A DNA stretch of 64,000 nucleotides from an uncultured delta proteobacterium. Its GTDB lineage: Bacteria; Desulfobacterota; Syntrophorhabdia; Syntrophorhabdales; WCHB1-27. The stretch is taken from assembly GCA_963810935.1 (NCBI GenBank), contig CAWEPK010000008.1:1-64000 (forward strand). The letters are read 5' to 3'. Each line of letters begins with the position of its first letter. Within the stretch, counting starts at the first letter, position 1. The notes beneath the pieces were generated by a model that saw only the letters and a list, made by a program, of their open reading frames with translations, had not been told where the DNA came from and ran no database searches. Shown one piece after another: positions 30,118-38,317 of this stretch. A program made the position numbers and the translations under genes.

Positions 30118-31977
30118 TCATACAAGGTCGTCCTTTCCGTGCTTTGCCTTGTAGCGCCTGTAGAGCAGGGGCAGCACCGAGACGAGGACGATAAGGACGA
30201 GGCCGATGATAAACGTGAGGGAGACCTTGCCGCGCGCAAGGTCGAGGAGAGAGCTGGAAAAAACGATAAACGCGATGCAGGCGGGCAACATGCAGAAAAA
30301 GGTGGCGATTGCATATTGGCGGAAGCCGATGCTGGTCAGCCCGAATGCATAGTTGAGGAGGTTGAACGGAAAAATCGGGACCAGGCGCGTGAAGGCGACG
30401 ACCTTCCATCCGTGTTTCTCCACCCCCTCGTCGAGCCTCTTCCACCTGGGACTACTGAGGTGCTGCGCCACCCATTCGCGCGCGAGGTAGCGGGAGACGA
30501 GGAAGGCGACGCAGGCGCCCGCCGTAGCGCCGATTATCGCATAAATGACGCCCCAGAACGGCCCGAAGATGATGCCTCCGACGACAGTGATGGGCGTCCC
30601 CGGCAGGAAAAGGGCGGGGGCTACCGCGTAGATGATTACATAAATGACGGGCGCGAGGGCGCCATACCCTGCTATCAGGTTGCGGAGGGTTTGCTGGTCC
30701 AGGTATCGGGAGAGGCCGGCGGTCTTTACTACTGCAATGGCTGCCGCCACAAAGAGCACGAACAAAAGGAGCTTTGCCATGCCGCCTTTCTTCTGCGGCT
30801 CCTTACCCGTGAAGGTGCGCTCCCTGGAGACCGCGGCGGGTACGTTCTCCTTGAACCATTTCTTCAGCCTGAGCCGCTTCCAATAGGTGAGGGGAGGCTT
30901 TGCTACCTTCGCTCTGCCGTCGGGATCGGGCCCGTCATCCCAGAGGATATCGAGGATATGCGCAGCAGGGGCGAGCTTCGAGAGCATATTTGCGCAGCCC
31001 GCGCAGTAAGTGATGACTTTTTTTCCGACGGCTTCGGTCCGTCGCCGCCTGCCCCAGACCGCCGCAAGCTCGGGAGCAAGGGCGCCGACCGCCCCGCCTT
31101 CGCCGCAGCAAAAGGTCCGGCTGCCGGTGTGCTCCATCTCCATGATTGCCCGGCCTTTGTTCCCGATCAGCTTTCGGACCGACCTGTGCATCTCCTCATC
31201 GAACCGCACTGCACACGGGTCGTGCACGGTGACTGCCTCTCCGGTCAGCCCGGCGCGCCCCCCGTCGCCGCAGTCTTCGGCGAGCACTTCATATAGGCTC
31301 CGGATCGAAAGACCCGTGCCGTAGCGGACGAACATCCTATAGCAGTTCGGGCAAGCGACGATGACGCGCGTAACGCCATGCGCGGCGAGGTAGCCCCTCA
31401 TCTCCGCGAACATGGCGTTGAAATGGTCCTCTCTGCCGAGGTCGTGAGAGGGTTTCATACAGCAATCGAGCACTATGCCGATGGATGGGAGCTTTTCTTT
31501 CAGGCGCTTGTAGACGAGCTTGACCTTTTCGGAGCGTGTGCCGGCGAGCGTGCAGCCGGGAAAGAAGACCGTATCGCAGCCTGCCGGGAGCGCATAATAC
31601 GAATACTTGCGGGAAGTGCCGCGCCTTTCGTATCCCTTCAGGACGGCGTGCTCCGGATAGTCGCCTCTACCCTGCCTCACGGCCTCTCTGCGCATCTCCA
31701 AAAAGAGGCGCGCCGGGTCGATCTTCGCCGGGCAGACCGCGGTGCAGAGGCCGCAGAGGCTGCATTCGAAGGGCAGGGCCAGGTCCTCTTTCCGCAAGGC
31801 GGGGTCGTACCGGTCCGCTATCTCTTTGGGTTTGCCGTGTTTCTTGAGGAAGGCGCACTCTTTCCGGCAGAGGTCGCATTCAATACAGGCGGTGGAGACC
31901 AGGCCCAGCTCTTCCTGCATTGTCGCGCTAAGCCCGGTTGTTTTGTCCGGGGAGCGCACTTTCGGCTTTGCGGCCAT
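30118..31977 (-). CDS. Fe-S/CCG-domain oxidoreductase fused to a TVP38/VTT (DedA-like) membrane domain
   Basis: CIECDLC, CSLCGLCTAVCP, FFPGC, HDPC and CCGEGG; C-terminal RLVPIFPFNLLNYAFG. Confidence 0.85.
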   Translation of the reverse strand: MAAKPKVRSPDKTTGLSATMQEELGLVSTACIECDLCRKECAFLKKHGKPKEIADRYDPALRKEDLALPFECSLCGLCTAVCPAKIDPARLFLEMRREAVRQGRGDYPEHAVLKGYERRGTSRKYSYYALPAGCDTVFFPGCTLAGTRSEKVKLVYKRLKEKLPSIGIVLDCCMKPSHDLGREDHFNAMFAEMRGYLAAHGVTRVIVACPNCYRMFVRYGTGLSIRSLYEVLAEDCGDGGRAGLTGEAVTVHDPCAVRFDEEMHRSVRKLIGNKGRAIMEMEHTGSRTFCCGEGGAVGALAPELAAVWGRRRRTEAVGKKVITYCAGCANMLSKLAPAAHILDILWDDGPDPDGRAKVAKPPLTYWKRLRLKKWFKENVPAAVSRERTFTGKEPQKKGGMAKLLLFVLFVAAAIAVVKTAGLSRYLDQQTLRNLIAGYGALAPVIYVIIYAVAPALFLPGTPITVVGGIIFGPFWGVIYAIIGATAGACVAFLVSRYLAREWVAQHLSSPRWKRLDEGVEKHGWKVVAFTRLVPIFPFNLLNYAFGLTSIGFRQYAIATFFCMLPACIAFIVFSSSLLDLARGKVSLTFIIGLVLIVLVSVLPLLYRRYKAKHGKDDLV

Positions 31978-32119
31978 TCCATCACCCCTGTTCTTTAGCT
32001 TACAGGCCGCCCGTACGCGCTTCCGTTCAGCACGGGCACGCCGCCGTTCTATTGTCTTTCTCGATTACCTGTTTTTGCCTTCCGACCTTCGACTTCCCGG
32101 CCGTAGGCTATGGACGGCC

Positions 32120-32215
32120 CTATCGGCGCCGGGCGGGGAAGGTGGAGGGGCTCATTGAAGGTCGCACGGACCTCCACGCAATCGATCAGATCGACATTTT
32201 GCTTAGATAGAGCAC
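32120..32215 (-). CDS. Putative selenocysteine leader peptide D (MLYLSKMSI-U-SIAWRSVRPSMSPSTFPARRR)
   Basis: SD GGAGG; GTG 32215; TGA 32188-32186; then 10 nt and GGAGGTC-CGTGC-GACCTTC; TAG 32122-32120. Confidence 0.7.
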
Positions 32216-32372
32216 TCTATGAAACCTCCATTGCCATCAAAGTATAACTAGGTTATTAGTATCATACTGCGGTGGAAGAATCAAGGGAAGGCTGCGCAGG
32301 ATAGGCTCATGTGCCTTTAGCGACTGTGCGAGGTTTGTAATTAGATGCGCCCGGCGCGCGGCGATTTTTTAA

Positions 32373-32401
32373 TTGACATGACGGGTAAAGGGGTTTAAGT
32401 T
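32373..32401 (+). promoter_or_regulatory. sigma70 promoter for the porin leader
   Basis: TTGACA-N17-TAAGTT. Confidence 0.65.
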
Positions 32402-32433
32402 TAAGAAAATTTGGGTAGGAAGGTGTGTGCGCA

Positions 32434-32517
32434 ATGGAAGACGACCCTGGCGGTCATATACAACTCGGTTGGAGCGGTGGACATGCTGCAGCTTCCGGGT
32501 GTCGTCGGACCCTCTGA
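32434..32517 (+). CDS. Putative leader peptide MEDDPGGHIQLGWSGGHAAASGCRRTL
   Basis: SD AGGAAGGT; first 22 nt identical to the mgtA leader. Confidence 0.65.
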   Translation: MEDDPGGHIQLGWSGGHAAASGCRRTL

Positions 32518-32725
32518 GAGTTCCGACCACTCCCGGTCCGGATAGCGTCTCCTCCGGGAGAGGATCGTATCATGTATTCCCCAAACCACTCTTCTGACTG
32601 GCTCCAGCCATAGAAACAAAATATGAATTTGCTGGTATCAGCGATCAACCTGCGGGCAGCATGCCGCTTATCGGCGTGCCGTTCAAGTCTGTGAGATATG
32701 CCGTCCGCCCGCAACAGAAGGAGAC

Positions 32726-34105
32726 GTGGAAGTGCGATTCTGCATTCGCCGGAAGACAGGCTTGTTCATTCTGGCCCTGGGCGCCCTCGCGGCGCTGGCG
32801 GCTCCCGGCCTCGTGCGCGCCGCCGACCCCCAGTCCTCCCTTCCCCCCTGGTTCCCCCAGCTCTTAGGCGCACAGGTAAACGGGGTCTACCAGAACTCCC
32901 CTTCCTTCCATAGCCCGTACACGGGAGACAAGAGCTTCATCTTCGATCATAGCTTCAAGCAACAGTTGACCCATGTCTACGGCCTCTATTTAGGCTCCCA
33001 GATAACACCTTCACTCCAGGCATACGGTGACTTCGAGATGTTTCGGGGGTCGGGCATAAGCAACGGCATTGGTTTGGGCGGTTTCAGTAATGCGGACGTC
33101 ATAAGGGCAGGGCCTGCCAATTTAGGCCAGGAGCCCTACCTTGCCCGCCTCTATGCCAGATACGTCATCCCCTTATCGAATGCCGTGACGGACCCGGTAG
33201 AGAGGGGCATGGACCAGATACCGGGTAGCCAGGCTGCGGACCGCATAGAGATAAAGGCAGGCAAGCTCGCCCCTACGGACGACTTCGACCAGAACCGCTA
33301 TGCCAATAACGGCCGCACGCAGTTCATGAACTACGACTTTTTATTTAATACGGCCTGGGACTATGCATCCGATACAAGGGGATACTCCATAGGCTTCTCC
33401 GCCGCTCTTGTCCATCCCACGTGGAGGCTTATCTTAGGAAGCTACCAGGAGCCTACATCCAGAAACGGCATGAACCTGGACAATAATATCTCCAAGGCCA
33501 GAGGGGACCAGATGGAGCTTGACCTGGCGCACTGGGAGAAGGGCCCCGTAGTCCGCCTTTTAGCCTTCAGGAACGAAGGGAGGATGGGCGACTACAGGGA
33601 CGCCATCGCCTTAGGTGCATTAACAGGTAACGTACCCGACACCACCCTCAACGGGCGGCCCGGCCACGTCAAGTACGGCTTCGGCTTAAACATAGAGCAG
33701 CCCCTTGCCAATGACGGGGACACGGGCATCTTTGCAAGGTTCGGCTGGGCCAACGGGAATAACTCCAACTGGTCCTATACCGAATCCGACAGGCACGCAA
33801 GCACAGGCGTCCAGATAAGCGGCAAGAACTGGGGCAGGCAGGAGGACCAGGCAGGTCTGGCCTTCGGCCTGAACGGCATCACGTCCTCCCATCAGCACTA
33901 CCTCCAGCAGGGAGGCATAGGCATGCTCGTAGGGGACGGGACGCTGAACTACGGCCTGGAGCAGGTGACGGAGGCCTACTACAGGATACAGGTAGGCAGG
34001 TACGTGCAGATAAGCCCCGACTTCCAGTACATCTGGAACCCTGCCTACAACAAAGACAGGGGGCCGGTGCAGGTCTACGGGATGAGGATGAGGGTGTACT
34101 ACTAA
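32726..34105 (+). CDS. OprB-family outer-membrane porin (MnoP-like divalent-cation porin subgroup)
   Basis: Signal peptide; FDQNRYA...TQFMN...AWDYASDTRGY, EAYY and SPDFQYIWNPAYNKDRGP. Confidence 0.8.
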   Translation: MEVRFCIRRKTGLFILALGALAALAAPGLVRAADPQSSLPPWFPQLLGAQVNGVYQNSPSFHSPYTGDKSFIFDHSFKQQLTHVYGLYLGSQITPSLQAYGDFEMFRGSGISNGIGLGGFSNADVIRAGPANLGQEPYLARLYARYVIPLSNAVTDPVERGMDQIPGSQAADRIEIKAGKLAPTDDFDQNRYANNGRTQFMNYDFLFNTAWDYASDTRGYSIGFSAALVHPTWRLILGSYQEPTSRNGMNLDNNISKARGDQMELDLAHWEKGPVVRLLAFRNEGRMGDYRDAIALGALTGNVPDTTLNGRPGHVKYGFGLNIEQPLANDGDTGIFARFGWANGNNSNWSYTESDRHASTGVQISGKNWGRQEDQAGLAFGLNGITSSHQHYLQQGGIGMLVGDGTLNYGLEQVTEAYYRIQVGRYVQISPDFQYIWNPAYNKDRGPVQVYGMRMRVYY

Positions 34106-34164
34106 CTACCGGGTGGTTGGTGGTGATAAAGGCAAAGGCGGATGTTGTGGCGGGGTTTGGACTC

Positions 34165-34286
34165 GCCGCATGGAGGATACTCCCTCTGCGGCGCACTGTT
34201 CGCCTTGCGCCCTACGACGTACCTGCGTACGCCTCCGGGCGGCAAGGCTCCCATTGCATCCGCACATGAAGCATCCTCCATGCGGC
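34165..34286. repeat. MITE/REPIN-like long inverted-repeat element
   Basis: 14-bp perfect terminal IR GCCGCATGGAGGAT / ATCCTCCATGCGGC with nested internal IRs. Confidence 0.6.
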
Positions 34287-34370
34287 TCCTCCGACCACGG
34301 CTGCAATTGGACCGAGGGCCAATTGCAGCAACTGCGGGTGGGAAGTAATTGTAGGGCGGCTATTTACTTC

Positions 34371-34399
34371 CGCCATTCCGGCGGAAGCCGGAATCCAGG
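34371..34399. repeat. REP-like palindrome
   Basis: ATTCCGGC-GGAA-GCCGGAAT followed by CCAG. Confidence 0.5.
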
Positions 34400-34431
34400 G
34401 TTGAGGGGCTGTGGAGCGGCCCTGAGGCTCG

Positions 34432-35241
34432 TTATTTTTTTTGCGCTGCCTTTGAGATAGCTACCCGTATCGCGAGGCAATCGTACACCACACGGTCGGC
34501 CTGGTAGACGACGGTTCCCCGGCTCACTACGCGCCACCCTCCGTTTTCATAAACGCCGTTGGACGCAAGCGCTTCGATGAGGCCGGGTGCGGAATCGAGG
34601 GATTCCACGAGACCGGGGTTCTGGGCAAGGACCACGTATTTCATGCCTGGGGCAGTCACCAGGGTCAGGGGCTCGATCAGAAGGCTCGACAAATCAGGCG
34701 CTACCTCTTCCGCGACAGTGGCCCTGGCCTGGAGCTGGATCATCCTCGCCCTGGTGTCGGGCCCGGCCGTTTCCTTCGCGGAGCTTATGAGATCGAGGAG
34801 GTCGTCCCGGACCTCGTTCAACTCCTTGACAGAGCGCCACTTCTCAGCCCCTTCATAGGCCGTGAGGGCCTTGGCCAGCATGGAGACCTCTCTCAGGTAG
34901 TGGTTCCGCTGGTTCGCGGGCACGAGATACATGGCGATGACAGAGACCGGGACGCCGTCGGGAGCGCCGTAATCGATCCCTGTCGGGCTCCAGCCCACAA
35001 CGCACATCAAGTCTTCTTCGAAGGGCACCCGCGCGTGCGGGCATGCCCAGCCTTTTCCGATTGACGTGTTGAACGAGGTCTCCCTCGACATTACCAGTCC
35101 CACCACATCGGTCCCGGAGGGCACTGACGGGATTGCTTCGAGGATGTGGGCGAGGACGCGCAGGGCGTCATCCTTGTCATTGTCGGGCAGCTCGATCAGC
35201 CTGCCTTCCTGAAGTGCGTCGAGAAGGGTGTCCATAATCAA
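34432..35241 (-). CDS. PTS EIIA(Ntr/Fru)-type domain protein with a C-terminal extension
   Basis: RE...TSIGKGWACPHAR and GIDYGAPDG; overlaps the mgtA stop. Confidence 0.8.
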   Translation of the reverse strand: MIMDTLLDALQEGRLIELPDNDKDDALRVLAHILEAIPSVPSGTDVVGLVMSRETSFNTSIGKGWACPHARVPFEEDLMCVVGWSPTGIDYGAPDGVPVSVIAMYLVPANQRNHYLREVSMLAKALTAYEGAEKWRSVKELNEVRDDLLDLISSAKETAGPDTRARMIQLQARATVAEEVAPDLSSLLIEPLTLVTAPGMKYVVLAQNPGLVESLDSAPGLIEALASNGVYENGGWRVVSRGTVVYQADRVVYDCLAIRVAISKAAQKK

Positions 35242-37955
35242 TAACCTCCGTACCGTTTAAAGAACCACGTTTTGACGAGGTGCGTCAGGGTGGCGTACGA
35301 AAAGAGGAAGAAAGCGATCCATGCCCAATAAATAGGCGGCAAAGGCACAAACCCCAAGGTAGGCGCGAACGACGAATAGGGCAGCCAGGCGCCGATAGCC
35401 ATCACGAGGATCGTCATGAAGGTCATCGGCATGGACGCGTGGCTGCCTATAAAGGGTATCCGGCGGGTCCTGATGATGTGGACTATCAGCGTCTGGGTCA
35501 GAAGGGATTCCACGAACCATCCCGTATGGAAAAGCCTCGCGGCGGCCTCGCCCGCCAAAGGCCCCGCGCCTGCATAGCCCCGGCACCCGAAAAAGAACCA
35601 CATCAGGGCAAAGGTCGCGTAGTCGAAGATCGAGCTAACCGGCCCTATGAACACCATGAAGCGTTTTATATTGGCTATGTTCCACTTGAGTGGTTTTGTG
35701 ATCTGCTCGGGGTCAACGCTGTCTGTCGGTATGCCGGTCTGGGAAAAATCGTAGAGCAGGTTGTTCAGAAGCACCTGTATGGGCAGCATGGGCAGGAAGG
35801 GCAAGAGGTAGCTGGCGCCGACTACGCTGAACATGTTCCCGAAGTTAGAACTTGCTCCCATCCGTATGTATTTCACTATGTTGGCAAAGACCTTCCGGCC
35901 TTCGATGATGCCCTCGGCGAGAATCAGCAGGCTTTTCTCAAGAAGCACGATGTCCGCCGACTCCTTGGCGACATCGACTGCCGAGTCGACTGATATGCCT
36001 ACGTCTGCCGCCCGGAGGGCCGGCGCATCGTTGATCCCGTCTCCCAGGAACCCTACAACGTGCCCGTTAGACCTGAGGTTGCGGACGATCTCCTCCTTTT
36101 GCGTCGGGGTAAGCTTGACGAAGACATCGGTCTCCCGCACGGTCCTGGAGAAGTCCTCTGCCGACATGGCGGATAGCTCCCCGCCTGTAATGATGGTCTC
36201 TGCCAAAAGGTCGACGTCCCTGCACACCTTTTGCGTGACCAGATAGTTGTCCCCGGTCAGCACCTTCACTTTTACGCCTGCCTGGCTCAAAAGGTCCAGC
36301 GCTTCCGCGGCCTCGGATTTCGGAGGGTCGAAAAATGCGATATACCCGAGGAGGATCATCGCCGATTCGTCGCCGGCCGTGAAAATGCTCTTGTCCCTGG
36401 GAAACTCACGGTATGCGATGCCCAGCACCCGGAAGCCGTCCGTGTTGAGCCTGTCGACCTCCTCGAACAGGTCTGCCCGGATCATTGGGATCAGAGGGTA
36501 CACCTCATCGCCGATCTGGTAGTGGGTGCAGCATGCGTAGATTTCCTCTACGGCCCCTTTGCAGATGAGGACGTTGTCGCCCTCGTAATCGACGACGACC
36601 GACATACGGCGACGCTGAAAGTCGAACGGCAGCTCGTCCACGAGGGTGCAGTCCCGCTCCACGTCGAGGTCCGCGTGCTCGAGCACGGCGCGGTCGATCA
36701 GATTGCGAAGGCCCGTCTGGTAATAGCTGTTCAGGTACGCGTAGGTCAGCACGTCGGTGCTCGGATGGCCGATGATGTCGACGCTGCGCTCCAGCACGAC
36801 CTTGTCCTGGGTGAGAGTACCCGTCTTGTCGGTGCAGAGGATGTCGATGGCGCCGAAGTTCTGGATCGAAGGAAGGCGTTTGACGATGACCTTTTCCTTA
36901 GCCATGGCGAGGGCGCCCTTGGCCAGGTTCACCGTTACGATCATGGGCAACATCTCGGGGGTAAGGCCGACCGCGACCGAAAGGCCGAAGAGAAGGGCTT
37001 CCAGCCAATCGCCCTTGGTCATGCCGACGATGAAGAAGACGGCGCAGACCAGGACGGTCATGTACCTGATCATGAGCCAGGTAAAGGAACGGACGCCCTG
37101 GTCGAAGCTAGTTTCTTCCCTCTCCCCCGCCAGCCGCTCGGAGATAGCCCCGAAGATAGTGTGCGCCCCGGTGTTTATCACAAGCCCCCGGGCGGAGCCG
37201 CTGGTGGCCGTGGTGCCGAGAAAACAGGCGTTCGGCAGCTCCAGGGCGGAGTGGCGCGGGACGTCTTCGGCGTCCGCTGTTTTTTCCACCGCCATCGACT
37301 CGCCGGAGAGGGCCGATTGGCTGACAAAAAAGTCTTTCGTCCAGAAGAGGCGCAGGTCTCCGGGGATGAGCGACCCTGCCTGGAGTAGCACCACGTCGCC
37401 GGGCACGACCTCGGATATCCTTATCTCCACCGCAGCCCCGTCTCTGAGTACGACGGTCCGTGACTGCACGCGTTTCCCAAGGGACTCGACGGCACGGTTC
37501 GAGCGGTTGTCAAGGACGTAGGAAAGGCCTACGCTGAGAAGGACCATCGCGCCGACGATGAAAGACGACCTGATCTCGCCGATGACGCCGGAAACAACGG
37601 CTATAACCAGAAGCTGGATAACCAGGGGGCTTTTGCAGCGATGGAGAATGTCTGCAAAAAAACCGACGTGCCGTGTGTGGGAAAGCTCGTTGGGCCCGTA
37701 TTCGTCCAGCCGGCGTTCGGCCTCTTCGCTATTGAGGCCCCCCGGGGTCGTCCCAAGGACCTTTACGGCCTCGGATACAGGCACTACGCAAAGGTCGATG
37801 AGGCGGCGTTCATCCTCCGGGGTATTGCGGTGATTATTGGCCGCTTGAGGGTCGCGCCTGGACTTATTCGAGAGGTTGGTAAATACGCCCTTGTTCGTTT
37901 TGCAGCCTCCGCTCTTCCCCGGGTGCGCGACGGACCCCGAGACAGGCATGAACAA
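35238..37955 (-). CDS. mgtA: Magnesium-translocating P-type ATPase
   Basis: AVGLTPEMLP, DKTGTLT, PFDFQRRRMSV, GDGINDAP, SSNFGNMFS and FHTGWFVES. Confidence 0.93.
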   Translation of the reverse strand: MFMPVSGSVAHPGKSGGCKTNKGVFTNLSNKSRRDPQAANNHRNTPEDERRLIDLCVVPVSEAVKVLGTTPGGLNSEEAERRLDEYGPNELSHTRHVGFFADILHRCKSPLVIQLLVIAVVSGVIGEIRSSFIVGAMVLLSVGLSYVLDNRSNRAVESLGKRVQSRTVVLRDGAAVEIRISEVVPGDVVLLQAGSLIPGDLRLFWTKDFFVSQSALSGESMAVEKTADAEDVPRHSALELPNACFLGTTATSGSARGLVINTGAHTIFGAISERLAGEREETSFDQGVRSFTWLMIRYMTVLVCAVFFIVGMTKGDWLEALLFGLSVAVGLTPEMLPMIVTVNLAKGALAMAKEKVIVKRLPSIQNFGAIDILCTDKTGTLTQDKVVLERSVDIIGHPSTDVLTYAYLNSYYQTGLRNLIDRAVLEHADLDVERDCTLVDELPFDFQRRRMSVVVDYEGDNVLICKGAVEEIYACCTHYQIGDEVYPLIPMIRADLFEEVDRLNTDGFRVLGIAYREFPRDKSIFTAGDESAMILLGYIAFFDPPKSEAAEALDLLSQAGVKVKVLTGDNYLVTQKVCRDVDLLAETIITGGELSAMSAEDFSRTVRETDVFVKLTPTQKEEIVRNLRSNGHVVGFLGDGINDAPALRAADVGISVDSAVDVAKESADIVLLEKSLLILAEGIIEGRKVFANIVKYIRMGASSNFGNMFSVVGASYLLPFLPMLPIQVLLNNLLYDFSQTGIPTDSVDPEQITKPLKWNIANIKRFMVFIGPVSSIFDYATFALMWFFFGCRGYAGAGPLAGEAAARLFHTGWFVESLLTQTLIVHIIRTRRIPFIGSHASMPMTFMTILVMAIGAWLPYSSFAPTLGFVPLPPIYWAWIAFFLFSYATLTHLVKTWFFKRYGGY

Positions 37956-38092
37956 TGAAACCCCTTGCCGGAAAGGAACTTAACCGGCCGGGAAAATGTT
38001 CTTTACTTCAGCGTCTGTTGCTTATCTGTCTTAGGAGCGAATGAGGAGAGTTTTCCCCTGATGCCGCCCGGGCTCAGGGGGAGATAAGAAGG

Positions 38093-38173
38093 CTAACGAA
38101 TCTTCCCGTAGTGCTGAGGAGGAGCGGCTTCGCTCCGACCAAACCAAGTAGGACCGCCAGGGTCGTCTTCCAT
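38093..38173 (-). CDS. Putative MgtL-like leader peptide MEDDPGGPTWFGRSEAAPPQHYGKIR
   Basis: Lies between the promoter and mgtA; SD GGAAAGGT; shares 22 nt with the porin leader. Confidence 0.7.
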   Translation of the reverse strand: MEDDPGGPTWFGRSEAAPPQHYGKIR

Positions 38174-38215
38174 CAAGGACCTTTCCATAGTGTAGTATTA
38201 CAACAACTCCTTCGA

Positions 38216-38244
38216 ATTCTAATTCATATAAGCTCTTTGGTCAA
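38216..38244 (-). promoter_or_regulatory. sigma70 promoter for the mgtA leader
   Basis: TTGACC-N17-TAGAAT. Confidence 0.7.
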
Positions 38245-38317
38245 CAAAAAAATAAGCCCTTGCCTTCATTAATGTTATCTTTTTATAATACTTATCGCGG
38301 CGAGAGGGAGGGAGCCC

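Noticed and set aside
29908..31296. Long alternative ORFs (e.g. 462 aa here; also 9031-10221, 6045-7202, 56771-57832)
   Set aside because: They are antisense shadows of well-supported genes in GC-rich DNA and have no recognisable motifs.
32515..32545. TGA ending the porin leader as a fifth Sec codon
   Set aside because: The TGA sits inside its own hairpin (GTCGGA...TCCGAC) and has no +11 to +17 stem. The paralogous mgtA leader ends in TAG.
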